The translations under genes were made by a program, and so were the position numbers. The notes beneath the pieces are model-generated. The model did not search any database. It had not been told where the DNA came from and was given only the letters and a program-made list of their open reading frames with translations. A stretch of 64,000 bases of DNA from the human T2T-CHM13v2.0 reference genome, Homo sapiens. Of the stretch, positions 27,575 to 45,580 are shown piece by piece. Position 1 is the stretch's first letter. The number at the start of each line of letters is the position of its first letter. The stretch lies in assembly GCF_009914755.1 (NCBI RefSeq), contig NC_060934.1; one strand, written 5' to 3'.

Positions 27575-30287
27575 TACAGTATATTTAACAAGCAAAGGCA
27601 AGTCAGCAAGATATAACTTAAAATAGCTGAAGGATACAAATAATCCATGGAAAAGAAGATAAAAATGGACAAATGAAAAGATTCTCAATCTCACGAGTAA
27701 TCAAAGAAATACAAACTAAAGCCTTTAAATAGATTTTTACCATTCAACTGTCAAAATTAGAACATTTATCTCAATTTTTTGGTAAAGATGCAGGAAAACA
27801 TATTTCTATAAACTCTAGGCGAAAGTATAGCTTGATGTAGCCTTTTTGGAAGGCAGTTTGCCACTCTATAAAACTGATAGAAAGTTCATGCCATGTGGGT
27901 CATGCATTTCATTTCCTGGATTCAAATCTTCAGAAATACAATAAATCTAGAAACAAATCTGCAAAGATATTCTAGCATTGTTTCTTAGCATAAACAACTG
28001 GAAATTATCTAAATCTTCAGCAAAACGTAGTATCTCTATTATTATTGAATACAACATAGCTTTTAAAACAACAATAATTGAAAATCATCAAGTCACAAAA
28101 CATAGCTAGAATAACATGATATAAACAATTTTGCTTATACTGCTTAGCCCAATGATCATGAATTCCCACCTTGCAGCCTTTTCTACTGCAATCAATAGAT
28201 ACTCTTGACTACCTGGCAGGTGAACCCAGGTGTTTAATCCTTCTCTTCATGATAAAATAATTCAGCTGAGCACTGAAATACAAGATTAGATACTCACAGA
28301 GTGAAAAAGCAAGACACAAACTAGGAGAAGATAGTCACAAAGCATATATTTAACCAATGATTTGTATCTAGAATCAATCAAAATGTTAAATAGAAACTCC
28401 TATAAATCAATAAGGTAGAAAGCCAAATTAAAAATAAATGGCAGAAGCACATCTGGGATGGCAGAGGAAGGACCTCCAAAAAATCCATTTCTATGTAAAA
28501 GCAGTAAGAACATTAACAAAAGTGGAGAAAAATAAACTTTTTCAAAACTCTGAAAATTAACCAAAGGTTTACAACAATCCAAGGGCATACCTATTCAAAG
28601 AAAAAAAGTGTAATACCAGTAAAAACAGTGAGCTTTGGGACTTTATAACTTGCTCTATCCTCTTCCCACTTGCTCCACAGAAGCTATGAAAGCTAACAGT
28701 CTTGTAACCATGGTAACTGTAAAACTCAGCAGCCTAGCAGCTACTGGGGAGAAGGGGAGAACAAGTTTGGAGCTGCTCCAAAAGCTCCATCCCCAGAAAA
28801 TTGTTACTATTTGACCTGTCTGGCTGTTCCTAAGAAAAGCTCCACTTTCAGAATTTGTCTCTACTTGACCTGACTCAGATCTTGCTTTTGCCTATCCTCA
28901 GGGTGTTTATCAAAAACAGTAAGTGTCAAGATTGTTTGACATCACAACAACCTGAGATGGGGATACAAGTTGGGATACACAGGAGGCTGATCAAAAGACT
29001 TAAAAGAAAAAAAAAAACATGGGAATAAGTTATCGACAGGGCACCTTGAAAAGCTCTTGCCTATTCCTGGGAATGTAGAAGACTACATGCCTGTGCAGGG
29101 CTGTGCACAAGCTCAGGAAAGACCCAGGAAAACTTTAGTCTCTCACATCTGGTTTACTTTGAAGCTCTGTGCAAATAGAAAGTGAAGTCTAAGGCAGATT
29201 CGTATACTGATGCAGCATAAAAGGCATGCTGTAGCTCATACCCAGAGCTCCTTGGCAAAGGCTGGGAGGCTTGCTGGTTCAAGGAATTTAAGGAATCTCT
29301 GTTCAATCATTATCATACTCAGCAGAGACTTCAGGGCTACACACAAAAAGAATAAAGGCTTTACAGAATTAGTCCAGGAAAGTTGCTAAACAAACACGAA
29401 GAGCAACAGCAATGACCTGCAACAATGACAAACCCATACAGAATGAGGGTGATCTGACTTCCAGGATTGCTACATGTTATCATTTGAAATGTCTAATTTT
29501 CAGCAAAAATTATAAAATAGAAACAGCAAAGTATGGTTTATACACAGGGAAATAAAAGCAATCAATAGAAACCGTCACTGAGGAAGCCTAGATGTTAGAT
29601 ATACTGTACAAAGACTTTAAATTAGTTATTGTAAATATGTTCAAAGAGTTAATAATGTTTAAAGAATTCAGGGAAAGAATGAGAATGATGTCTCACCAAT
29701 TAGAGAATATCAATAAAAATAATTGCTTTCTCAGACTTTTGGCTAAGATAAAGTTAATAGAAGATACAAATTACAAGAAAATAAAAATTGTTGTGTTGAA
29801 AAGTAAGATTTTAGAGTATTTCAGCGAAAATTTGAGCCGATAAAAGAAAAAAATCAGTGAACTTAGTCACTTGAAATTTTCTAGTCTGAGGAGCAGAAAA
29901 TAAAAAGAATAAAGTCAAAAAAAGTTTCAGAATTCAATTGGAATCAGTAGAATACTAACATATGCATAATTCATAATCAGTGTTTCAGGAGAGGAGAAAG
30001 GGCAGGAAAGTAGAAAGAATATTTTACAAAATAATGGCAGGAAACTTCCAAATTTAATGAAAAACATTCATCTGTACATATAAGAGGCTTAACAAATTCC
30101 AAGCAGGTCAAAACCTAGGCACTTCAGAGTTGTAAGTCAAAGACAGATAATCTTAAAAGCAGCAAGAGAAAACTGACTCAGCACATACAATGGATCCCCA
30201 ATAACATTAATAGTTGACTTTTTATCATAAATCACGTAGGCCAGATGGCAGTAGAATGACATTCAAGTGCCAAAAGAAAAAATTGTT

Positions 30288-30620
<333 letters not shown>

Positions 30621-30817
30621 TCAAAAAGTAGGCAGAAATTGAGATTTTTTTAGAAACAAATGAGAGAATTAATCACTACTGTACTTGCCCTCAAAAAATA
30701 CAAACTCAGGCTGAAATGAAAAGAAAAAAAACACTAGACAAATTCAAATCCATATGAAGAAATAACACCAATAAAGGTAACTACATATATAAAGTATATA
30801 AGGCATATAAAGTATAA

Positions 30818-31134
<317 letters not shown>

Positions 31135-31357
31135 AATATCAATGTACTTTTGTTTGTACCTCTTCTCTACACTTCACATGATTTAAAACGACAACTATAT
31201 AAAACAATAATTATGAAGGTATTGAAGAACGTACGATGTATAAAAATGTACTCTGTTTGACAATAGTAGCACAAAAGAAGGGGAAGAAATAGAGGTGTAT
31301 ACAAGAAAAGTTTTTGTATACTTTGAAAATTAAGTAGGTATTAATCAGAACTAGATT

Positions 31358-32169
31358 TTTTAAACTTTTATTTTTGACTGACACATAGTAATTATACATA
31401 CTTGTGGGGTACAATGTGATGTTATGATACATGCATACATTGTGTAATGATTGAATCAGAGCGATTAGCATGCCCATCACCTTAAACATTGATCATTTCT
31501 TTGTGATAAGAACATTCAAAATCTTTTTTTCTAGTGATTTTGAAATATATAATACATTATTATTAACTATAGTCATCCTACTATGCAATAGAACACCAGA
31601 ACTTATTCCTCATATCTAACTAATTTTGTACCTGTTGGCCAACATCTCCACATCCTTTCCTGCCCCCTCCCATCTACATCCTCTGGCAATCACTACTCTC
31701 TCAACTTCTATGGGATCAACTTTTCTTAGATTCCACATATGAACAAGATCAGATGGTATTTGTCTTTCTGTGCCTAGCTTATTTCGCTTAACACAATGTC
31801 CTCTAGATTCATCCATGTTGTCACAAATGACAGGATTTCACTCCTTTTTATGGTTGAGTAGTATTCCATTTGTGTATATATACCACATTTTAAAAATTTA
31901 TTCTTCTTTTGATGAACACTCAGGTTGGTTTCATATCTTGGCCATTGTGGATAAACATGGGGGTTTACTGCAATAAACATGGGAATGCTGATGTCTCTTC
32001 AACACACTGATTTTATTTCCTTTGGATATATACATATAGAGTAGAAACATTGCTGAATCACAGTAATGAGTTCTATTTTTAATTTTTTAAGGATTTCGAT
32101 CTTGCTTTCCCTAATGACTGTACTAATTTATATTCCCACCAATAGTGTGTAAGAGTTCCCTTTTGTCCA
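31358..32169 (-). mobile_element. L1MA-type 3' end with TSD
   Basis: ggggtacaatgtgatgttatgatacatgcatacattgtgtaatga...; TSD agaactagatt at 31347-31357 and 32170-32180. Confidence 0.92.
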
Positions 32170-33128
32170 AGAACTAGATTATTTTAAGATAATATGTTAA
32201 TTATAATCCCCAGAGTAATCACTAAGAAAATAACTGAAAACATATAGTAAAATAAACAACAAGCAATTAAAATGTCATACTAGAAAATGTAAATGTAAAA
32301 CAAAAGAAGACAGTAATGGAGGTACAAAAGAAGAAAAAATATATTAAAAATGTAGAGTAAAAAGGCAAAAGAGCAGACAAATTCTACATTATCAATAATT
32401 ACACTGACAATAAATGAAACACTTCAATCAAAAGGCAGATATTGGCAGAATGGATTTAAAACATATAATCCAAGGATATGCTGTCTACAAGGAAAAATGA
32501 CTTATATTAAAAGAAACAAATAGTTTAAAGGTAAAAGGAGGAAAAAAGCTATGCTATGCAAACAGTAACCCAAAGAGAGCTACAGTAGCTCTACTAACAT
32601 AGACAAATTGTTGCTAGAGACAAAGATGGACAGTTTATAATGCATAAAGGAGTCAATTCATCAGGAAGATACAAGAATTGAAAACATACATGTATCTAAC
32701 AACAGCGCACAAGATGCATTAAACAAAAACTGAGAGCATTGAAGGGAGAAACATAATATAAAAATAACAGTTGGGGACCCCACTTTTAATAATGAACAGA
32801 ACAACACGGCAGTGGGTTAAGAAGGAAATAGAAGCTTGAACAACACTGTAAGCCAAGTAGATATGGCAGACATCTATAGAATACTCCACCCCAAATCATC
32901 AAAATATACATTCTTTTCAAATGCAGATGGAACATTCTCCAGGATAAACAATACGTCAGGACATAAGACATACCTCAGTAAACTTGAAAGGCATAAAATC
33001 GTACGAAGTATGTTCTCTGACTTTGAGGAAATGAAATCAGAAATCAATAACAGAAGAAATTGAAATCAGAGGAAAATTCAAAAAATTGACAAATAAGTGG
33101 AAATTTAATAAGTAGAAGTAATGGTAGG

Positions 33129-33256
33129 CTTGATACTGGGTACAGTGTACACTGCTCAAGTGATGGGTGAACCAAAATGTCAGAAATCACCACTAAATAA
33201 TTTATCCATGTAACCAAAAACCACCTGTACCTCAAAAACTATGGAAATAAAATGAA
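33129..33256 (+). mobile_element. L1PB-type extreme 3' end (~130 bp) with TSD
   Basis: gggtacagtgtacactgctc...atcaccactaaa...ccatgtaaccaaaaaccacctgtac; TSD agaagta(a/g)tggtagg at 33114-33128 and 33257-33271. Confidence 0.9.
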
Positions 33257-33329
33257 AGAAGTAGTGGTAGGTTGGGGTTGTTCTATGACTTCCTCAACTA
33301 AATGACAGGGATCATTAGGGTATTATCAT

Positions 33330-35520
<2,191 letters not shown>

Positions 35521-36502
35521 TTACCTGTGAGTAAAGAGTTATATCAGGCTTGGGCTGATGAAGGCCTGCAGAAAACAGCAGAGCTCAGATGAACAGGGAA
35601 GGTAGTGTCTACTTGTTTGTTGTATGACAGTCAACACTTGCATCATGGGAGGTATTAGCTGGCATACAGCACGTGAATCCTCATAACTAGAGAGGTTTAA
35701 AAGATTGGCGAAATATGGAGGCTGTGGCTTCTGTGTGTCAAGGTGACCTACACACCTTGCCTGTTGTCTCTGGCAGCCCCATGTGGGTAAGTGGGTGAGA
35801 ATTGTGTAGTTGGCCTCATGCCGGGTCAGTCGATGAGACAAAGATGCTGCACCTGATGTATCTGCTGCCTGGGATCCTTCTATAATTCTAAGTCAACAGA
35901 ATATTTGATAAAAGGCTATTTGGGTCTCCTAAGTCTAACTGCAAACTCAAACCCATAATTCAGCCATGATGTTGTATTGCTTGAATGCCCTATGCCTCTA
36001 TTTCTTTACTTGTATGAATCCCATAGATTTTAAGAGCTGTGTACCTAGCCCAAAATAACTGCTACATAACTATTAGTTGCTATTACTACTATACTCATTA
36101 TCTTACTGAACAATTGTGGTTGTTTTCAGTAGGAGGGTGGTTTAGTTTCCCTAGTCCATCACGCTGCAGAAAATAGAAGCCCGTACATTTGATCACAAGC
36201 AGGACTATGCAGCTAGCTGTGTTACCTGAGGCAAATTACTTGACCTCTTAGTTGGGAGGAGGCTGGAGAATTCTGCTTCCATCAGTCTCTCCCTCTCGGG
36301 TACTGCCACACAATGCATTAAGATGGTTTGTAAGAAGAGTCTGCAATCTGTACTCTCTCCTTGTCTCTCAATTGCATTCTGTCTCTATCTTTTCCTCCCC
36401 CTCCTTGATATTTTAAAAGCATTGTAATGGACTAAGCAAAAATGTATGAAGATACTTTACAGAGAGGGAAGTAAAATGAAGTGACTTTATAGTCCACTAT
36501 AC

Positions 36503-37182
<680 letters not shown>

Positions 37183-38519
37183 AGTGAAACTCTTCTTGTT
37201 CGTTTTTCTAGGGTTAGGTAATTATAATAAATCTCTGGATATAAATACTCATTTAAAATACCTTTGTTAGTAGCTACTTTACCATAATATATAATGAATA
37301 AAATTCAATAGTAAGAGTTTTACTTCACTAACGATGACATAAAATTAACGATAATCCAATTGTCTGGGAGTTAATCCATTGTGGGGTAAAGTAATATTCT
37401 TTCTCTTGTGGAAAATTGTAGTAAAATGTGATGTATTTTTAGAAGAATCACTGGCAAGTGGAATAGGGAATAAAAAGAAATATAAAATAGACCTGCATTT
37501 AAAATAATAGCACATAGAAAAAGAATTAGAGAAAAGATAGATCTAATGACATGATGTCAGACTTATAAAAAGCGTATGAATATATATTCTCCCGAACACA
37601 AATACCAATTCTTTCTTGGCTTTAGGAATTGCCTCTAAAAATATTACATCTTCCTTTAAAGCAGGTTATAATTCAAATGAGTATGTGCAAACACAGCAAA
37701 CCTCAGAAGTTATAACATATCCCACAGGTAGCACTTTTCACCTGGTAAAGTGAGAAAACTACTTCAGGGTCCCATATCCAGGAGAGCAATTCAACCTGGA
37801 GAAAACAGGAGATGCCAGCATTAGGCTGGGACTGGCTTTTACTGAGTTTGAGATGGAGTCCTGATTACAGGTGCTGAGTGAGATGCTTTCTAAAGGACGA
37901 GGGAAGCAGTTGGAAAATAGTGGTGCTACAAGTCTGATGAGTCTTATTTCTAATAAAAAGGAGGGGAGCCAATACTTTTCATATCTGAGAATTGCAGAGA
38001 ATGTACTTGGGAGTAGGCAATTGTTGAGTTTCATCACTGAAAACATTAATGGGTAAACATAAGCATTCTAAGTCATTGTTCTCTGTCTGACTACCTATAG
38101 AAATGAAATAACACTACCTGGGTGACAGTATTAGTTTCCCAGAGCTGCCGTAACAAAGTACCAAAAACCATGTGGCTTAAAACAACCAAAATGTTTAGTC
38201 TTATAGTTCTGGAGGCTAGAAGTCTGAAATTAAGGTGTCATCAGGACTATGTTCCCTCTGAAGGCTCCAGGGAAGAATCCTTCCTTGCCCCTCTTCTCAG
38301 CTTCTGATAGCTCCCAGCAATCCTTGACTCATGGCTTCATCACTCCAATGTCTGCCTCCATCTTCACGTAGCCTTCTCCATGTGCCTTCGTACGTTCAGA
38401 TCCTTCTCTTCTTGGAAGGCAGTCATTAATGTACAGCCCACCCTGATTTAGTAAAAACTCCTCTTCACTTGATTACATCTGCAAAGACTCTATTTCCAAA
38501 AAAGGTCATATTCACAGTA

Positions 38520-40795
38520 CAGATTGAATATCCCTAATCTGAAAAATCAAAATCCAAAGTGTTCCAAAATTTGAAACTTTTTGAGTGCTGACGTGACACC
38601 ACAAGTGGAAAATTACATTGCACACTAGACCTCATGTGACGAGTTGCAGTTAAAATGCAGGCACATGACACACATTTTATTCAATGCTCCCAAGGGAAAA
38701 AAAGATGACCATAAATGACCTGAGGAAACAGAAAGATAAACGATTGCAGTTCTATGCTGAAAGTGATGAATGGACCTTAATGAAAAATAGGAAAACACTG
38801 CATAAAACTAAAAGCGAAGATTTTCATTGTGTATTGAAAGGGAGGATCCATCAGCATCGCAGTGAATACACACCACTTAATTGTTTGCTGATCATAAAAC
38901 AAGCAAAGATCTATCATGATGAACTGAAAATTGAAGGGAATTATAAATATTCAACAGGCTGGCTGCAGAAATTTAAGAAAAGACACAGCATTAAATTTCT
39001 GAAGATTTGTGGTGATAGAGCATCTGCTGGTCACAAAGCAACAGAGAAATTCATTGATGAATTTGCCAGAGTCATCATTGATGAAAATCTGATGCCAGAA
39101 CAAGTCTATAATGCTAATGAAACATCACTGTTTTTGTGTTATTACCCCAGAAAGATACTACAGGCAATTAAACAGCTCTTACAAAATTAAGGGTGCCAAG
39201 GACAGAATAACTGTGCTAGAATGTGCTAATGCAGCAAGCACACATAAGTGTAAATTTGCTGTAATAGAGGAACGCTTGCATCCTTGCTCCTTTCAAGCCA
39301 TGAAGTAGTGACTTTCTTATCAGCCTATTATGCTAACAAAAGGCATGGGTCACCAGGAACATCTTTTCTGATTGGTTTCCCCAACATTTTGTGCCAGTGA
39401 TACATGCTCATCGCAGGGAAGCTAGACCAGATGGTGACTGAAAGATTTTGTTATTTCTTGACAACTGTTCTGCTCATCCTTCAGCTGAAATTCTCATAAA
39501 AAATGTTTATGCCATGTACTTTACCCCAAATGTTACTTTATTAATTCAGTCATGTGACCAGGGTATTCTTAGATCAATGAGAAATAAATGTAAAAACACC
39601 TTCTTGAGAAGCATGCTAGCAGCAGTGAACAGAGGCGTGGATGATAGAAGGCTTTCAAAAGAAGCTTAGCATGAAGATGTCATGTATGTGGTTGCCCATA
39701 CTTGGAACACAATGACTAAAGACACAGTTGTGCATACCTGGAACACGCTCTGTCCTGCAACTATGTTAAGTGATGATGATGAGCAAGATAATTATTTATG
39801 TTAAGTGAGGAAGAAAAATGATGGTATGACCTCCTTACAGATGCAAAAACTATACCTTCAGAGTCCGTTAGTAAGCTGGGAGAAGTGGATATTGAAGATT
39901 TTCAACATCCATAATGAGGCTCCAGGTGTTCATTTATTGAACAATGGTGAAATAGCCAAAATGGTTTTGAATCAGGGTGACAGTGATAATAGTGATGATG
40001 AAGATGATGATAACACTGAAGCAAAAGTGCCTATAGATGACATGGTGAAAATGTATAATGGGCTTGTTGAAGGACTAGAGCAGCATGTATTCATAACAGG
40101 ACAAGAAATGACACCAGTTTATAAAATCAAAGAGCAATTTCCAGGACAAAAACCCTTGTCAAGGAGGCATATGACTATGGAGGGAACATTTTAAAAGGCC
40201 ACAGTAGAATGCCTCCTCACCCCTAGAAGACACACTTCCTGGTCCCTCAACTTCTCCTGATGTTTTTGTTTTACTTAAAAAATACAGTGTACAGTAACAT
40301 TTTAATCACAACACAGTATTATAGGTGGAGACTAATGGAGACTAAAAGCCTGTTGCTGTTTATTGTTGCCCGATGCAGATATTCTGATGATGCTACTCTG
40401 CTGCTTAGCTACCTTGAGCACATTTTTTTTTTTTTACTGCGTTGATGGTATATCATGTTTTTCACTGTTACGTTTGAAGAAGTGTAAGAAAATGATTGCT
40501 TTTCTGTGGCATATAAATTAACAATCAGGATGATGGTGATGTCTAACAACCACAGATTGTCCACATTGGGTGACTGAGATAGTGACAGCTTTGCTTTGTA
40601 TACATATTTTTGTTTCATGCACAAAATTATTTAAAATATTGCATGAAATTACCTTCAGGCTATGTGTATAAGGTGTACATGAAACATAAATGAGTTTTTT
40701 TGTTTAGACTTGGGTTTCATCCTCAAAATATATTATTATGTATATGCAAATATTTCAAAATCTGAAAAAATAATTCAAAACCCAAAACACTTCAG
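38520..40795 (+). mobile_element. Tigger4 (Zombi) TcMar/pogo DNA transposon, ~2.3 kb, internally deleted
   Basis: Left end cagattgaatatccctaatctgaaaaatc after a TA; TA also follows the right end; internal transposase remnants. Confidence 0.9.
38684..40194 (+). pseudogene. Decayed pogo/Tigger transposase (CENP-B-type HTH plus DDE_1 domain; Jerky/TIGD-like family)
   Basis: Frameshifted ORFs 38684-39190 (STGWLQKFKKRHSI, QVYNANET), 39111-39308 (KDRITVLECANA), 39448-39669 (LFLDNCSAHP, IQSCDQGI), 39805-40194 (acidic C-terminus). Confidence 0.9.
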
Positions 40796-40920
40796 TACTG
40801 GACTTAGGACTTCAACCAAGCTTTTTGGAGGACACAGTTCAACCCACAACAATGACCACCGCTTGAATAACTATGTAAAAGGCACATGAAAGAAATGAAA
40901 TAGAAATCTTGCTTTCAAAT

Positions 40921-40964
40921 ATTAGGTTGGTGTAAAACTAATTGTGGATTTTACCTTTTTTTAA
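40921..40964. mobile_element. Half MADE1 (Hsmar1 MITE)
   Basis: attaggttggtgtaaaactaattgtggattttacc resembles one MADE1 TIR; the partner TIR is absent. Confidence 0.7.
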
Positions 40965-41859
40965 CTTCCATTATATGAAAGATCTGACACAGATACAGAT
41001 ACAATTTAAATACAATCCTATGCATAAAATATGGAGAATATCATTTTAGAGCTTGAAATGATCTTCAAAATCATCTTTCCAGAGCCTTCATTTTACATAT
41101 GAAAAATTGTGGTGAACTGGAACTATCTTTGTTTTATTACTATACAGAATATTTATAGATATTCTAATTTATTGATCTTTTCATTTTCCTTTTGCTATAT
41201 CCATCAAGGTATTTCCCAGCCCAGAATTTTAATATTATAAATCAATATTACTTTATAATTTGTTTTTTACACTTAAAACTTGTGCGAATTATAATATAGA
41301 ATGCTCATTAATGCTTTTCTCCAAATCAATTAAATAGTTAAATAATGTTTAGCTAACTTATTATTTCTTTGCTGACTATAAATATGATGATCTTCCTCAA
41401 TCTGCTTCTTTATGCTGTTTTTTTTTTTTTCACGGATTTGTCAATTCCTGAGTCAGATGCAAACTATTTTAATTTCTGTGGTTTTACAATATGGTGCAAT
41501 ATATGATAAAGTAGGTCTTTTCAATCTTTTTTCAAACATATTTTGGTCGATCTCAAGTTGTTCTTCAAGTAGAATTTTAGCATTTTTTTTACAGTTCTGA
41601 AAAGATTTTGTTTGGAGTTATGGTTGAGATTGCATTACATTTATGGACTCCTGCCAGGGCACATCAGAGACAGAGCAGGCTAAGGAAGTGTTTACATGGA
41701 GGGGAAGTCTGGAGTGGAGTGTCAGAGCCCAAATAAGGGGAAGAGGGAACCATTGCATAGCTATTGCTTGGTATTGCATGACAAAGCTTGAGTTAGGGCA
41801 TGGAGAGTTTCCACAAAGCGGGGATGCCCCAGTGGAGAAAGTCAGAACATGACATCAGG

Positions 41860-42640
<781 letters not shown>

Positions 42641-44155
42641 AAAGCAGGAAGCAATTAAGTGTTGAATGTTAATTTATAGACTAATTTGAGAGAGAATTTA
42701 ATGTTTTTGGGATGAAATTGGAGAGAAAATTTAATGTTTTCAAGATTAAATTTTCCCTTCCAGGAATATCTAATATATATCTCTATTCAAGATTTTAAAA
42801 GAGACTCTCCAGTGTTGTTTCTTCCATACAGGACTTGTACATTTCCCTGTTAGGTATTTTATAATATTTTTATTGTTGCAAATGGGTCTTTTTTCCATTT
42901 GAAGCTTTTTTGTTTTTGCTGTCACATGAAAAACCAATTGACATTCATAGGTTTATTTTGCACCTTTGGCAGTCAGCCTACTTCTGACCTTTCTTTAGTT
43001 CTGCTATATCTTTAGTTCTTGCTCTTGTATTTCTTAGCACTAAATTATATATCTGCAAATAATTTTAGTTTTATCTCTTCATTTTGCAAGTTTGTACCTT
43101 ATTTCTTTTCTTATTTCTAGTGATTCCAGAATAATGTAATACATGGTTTTTTAAAATCTAGTTTTTAATTGATAATTGTTGTACATATTTATGGGGTACA
43201 TAGTCATGTTTTGATACATAATAATGTATAATGATCAGATAATGGCAATTAGTTTTAAAAGCTGTTATCCTTGTCTTAATCTGGGCTCCAGTAGGAATGC
43301 CAGTCATGGTTTCCTGTTAGCTCTGATATTTACTATTTATTTTTAATAGATAACCTTTATCAGAGTACAAAAGTATCCTTTTATTCCTTAGCTTGCTAAT
43401 AATTTTTTTCCCTATGAATTGGATATTGAATTTGATCAAATATCATTGTGGCAATTATCAAGACATTTATATGACTTTTCTTACTTAACCCGGTTGATTA
43501 ATTAAATACATAGATTTCTTAAAGTTGACTCATTCATGAATTCTTGGAAATCATTCATCTTTGGGGTTTACATAGCATTGGGTTTAATGTGATAATGTTT
43601 TAGTAGGATTTTTACAACTATATTTATAAACAATATTTGTCTTTATTTGTTCACATCTATTATGTTCTTGTTAATTTTTAACTTTAAGGTAGTGGTAACC
43701 TCATAAAATTAACTGGAGAACATTCCAATTTTTCTGTCTTCTATAATTGCACAGATAACATAGGCTTTAATTAAACCTTTGATGAATAGAGAGACATTGC
43801 TCCTAAACCATGAGGGTCTATTGTCTTTCTTTTCTTTTCCTCATGATTTTTTAACATTTTTGGTTTCTTTCTTGGTTATTATGCTATGCAAATCTGCTGT
43901 GCTCTTGAGTCTACAGTTTCCTGGAAAATTATCTCTTTGCTATATATTCTAACTTCTTTTTGTTTTTCTTAAAAGCAGATGAAATGCAGTATTCTAGCTT
44001 CTTTTGCTCCCTTGCTGTCTTATCAAAGTTTCCTTTGATACTTTCTAGTGATTTGAAAGTTACATGTCCAATTTCTATTTTCCTGGTTATCTTTACATTA
44101 ACAATATGTTTGAACTCACATTTCTCTGCCATTCTAAAGAACAAAATAATATCTA

Positions 44156-44470
<315 letters not shown>

Positions 44471-44599
44471 TTACATCCCTCTTTCTCCAATCTCTTCCTA
44501 GATTTTACTTAAGTAGCTCCAGGTTATTTTTAAAAAATATTATACACTTTTATTTTAAAATGTATATTATTGCTTTACTCTTCAAAACCATAATAAATT

Positions 44600-45070
44600 C
44601 TTACTAAAGTACGTATTTCTTTTTAATCATCAAGTAATATAGGAATATATTCTAATTGTAAAAGTTTAATCCTTCTACATACACCTAAAGTCTTTTATCA
44701 CCACCTGCAATGCCTGTGCTTTCCAAAGAAGGTATTACTGTTATAAATTTGGTATATATCTTTGCAAATATATGATGATACATGGCCTATACACCCAATT
44801 ATATAGGTATATGCAATATTTTTAATAAATAGTTTAGTGTGGCTTAAATGATTATGTAACATCCTTTCTTAAAAACTGACCAATATGCTTTGGAGTTTTT
44901 TTCATGTCAGTATGCATAGTTTTACTTTACTTGTTTGAACTGTGGCATCCCATAGTACGAATGCACCATAATGTATTCAGCCATTCCCCTGTTGCTAGGC
45001 AGGTAAGTAATTGTTGTTTTGAAGTTATTACAATGTTCCAGTGAGTACATGTACAAGTGTTTCATGTACA
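44600..45070 (-). mobile_element. L1ME-type 3' fragment
   Basis: ttttttcatgtcagta...gaatgcaccataatgtattcagccattcccctgttg. Confidence 0.65.
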
Positions 45071-45580
45071 TGTGTCAGCTGGGCTTTAATCTAGGGAATA
45101 GAAAGTGCTCTAGGTTTTCCAAACATGAAAGAATTCAATATAGAAGTAAGTTGTCAATAAAATAATTATACATGTAGAAGACAGGTTTTATTCTGTTGGA
45201 ACTTTTACTTCAATTTTAACCATTGTTGATGTGACTCTAAGATTAGGCAGTTGCTGCTGCTACTGCTACCAGAACTGGGGCCAGCACCCATATCCATGGA
45301 ACTGGTGACAAGACAGTGGATTATAAAATTTGCCCACTGCAAACCTTCTCACCCATTAGAGCTTTCTTGTGGGTCCATACAGTTGCAGAGGGATGGTGCA
45401 TTCCTCCCTTCTGCCTTTAAAAAAGCTCAAGAAAAATGCATCTAATTGGCAGAACCAAGTTTACATGTAGAAACCTAGCAGCAAGAGTGTGAGAAATAAA
45501 GTTTTTAGCTTTCTAATATCTTCACATAGAAAAAAGGAATGAACTAGGAGTTAAGACAGCCAAACCAGTTATCTCTCACA
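45071..45580 (-). mobile_element. Old ERVL-class LTR (LTR33/MLT-like), 3' LTR of the adjacent internal remnant
   Basis: Starts tgtgtcagctggg, ends atctctcaca; includes gcatctaattggcagaacc. Confidence 0.6.

Larger units (their letters stand above)
25560..28430 (+). mobile_element. Old L1M ORF2/3' remnants (fragmented)
   Basis: RT-region motifs such as gagttctgcaaaacttttaagag, ggtttcatctcatgaataaaaaggtggttcaac, ttattctaaagatcacatgaaa; interrupted by an Alu and a FRAM. Confidence 0.75.
38127..40851 (-). mobile_element. MLT1 (B/C-type) solo LTR interrupted by Tigger4
   Basis: 38127-38519 (gctgccgtaacaaagtacc...aaggtcatattcacagta) continues at 40796-40851 (tactggacttaggacttcaac...aacccacaaca); flanks gtgac/atgac. 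Confidence 0.88.

Noticed and set aside
30174-30184. Perfect ARE/NRF2-like TGACTCAGCA, and MARE-like TGCTGACTCA near 54791
   Set aside because: Isolated 10-mers, the first inside decayed L1; no supporting context
38684-40194. Possible intact JRK/TIGD-type domesticated gene
   Set aside because: Multiple frameshifts and stops, a catalytic D>N change, and still enclosed in Tigger4 ends inserted at a TA inside an MLT1 LTR
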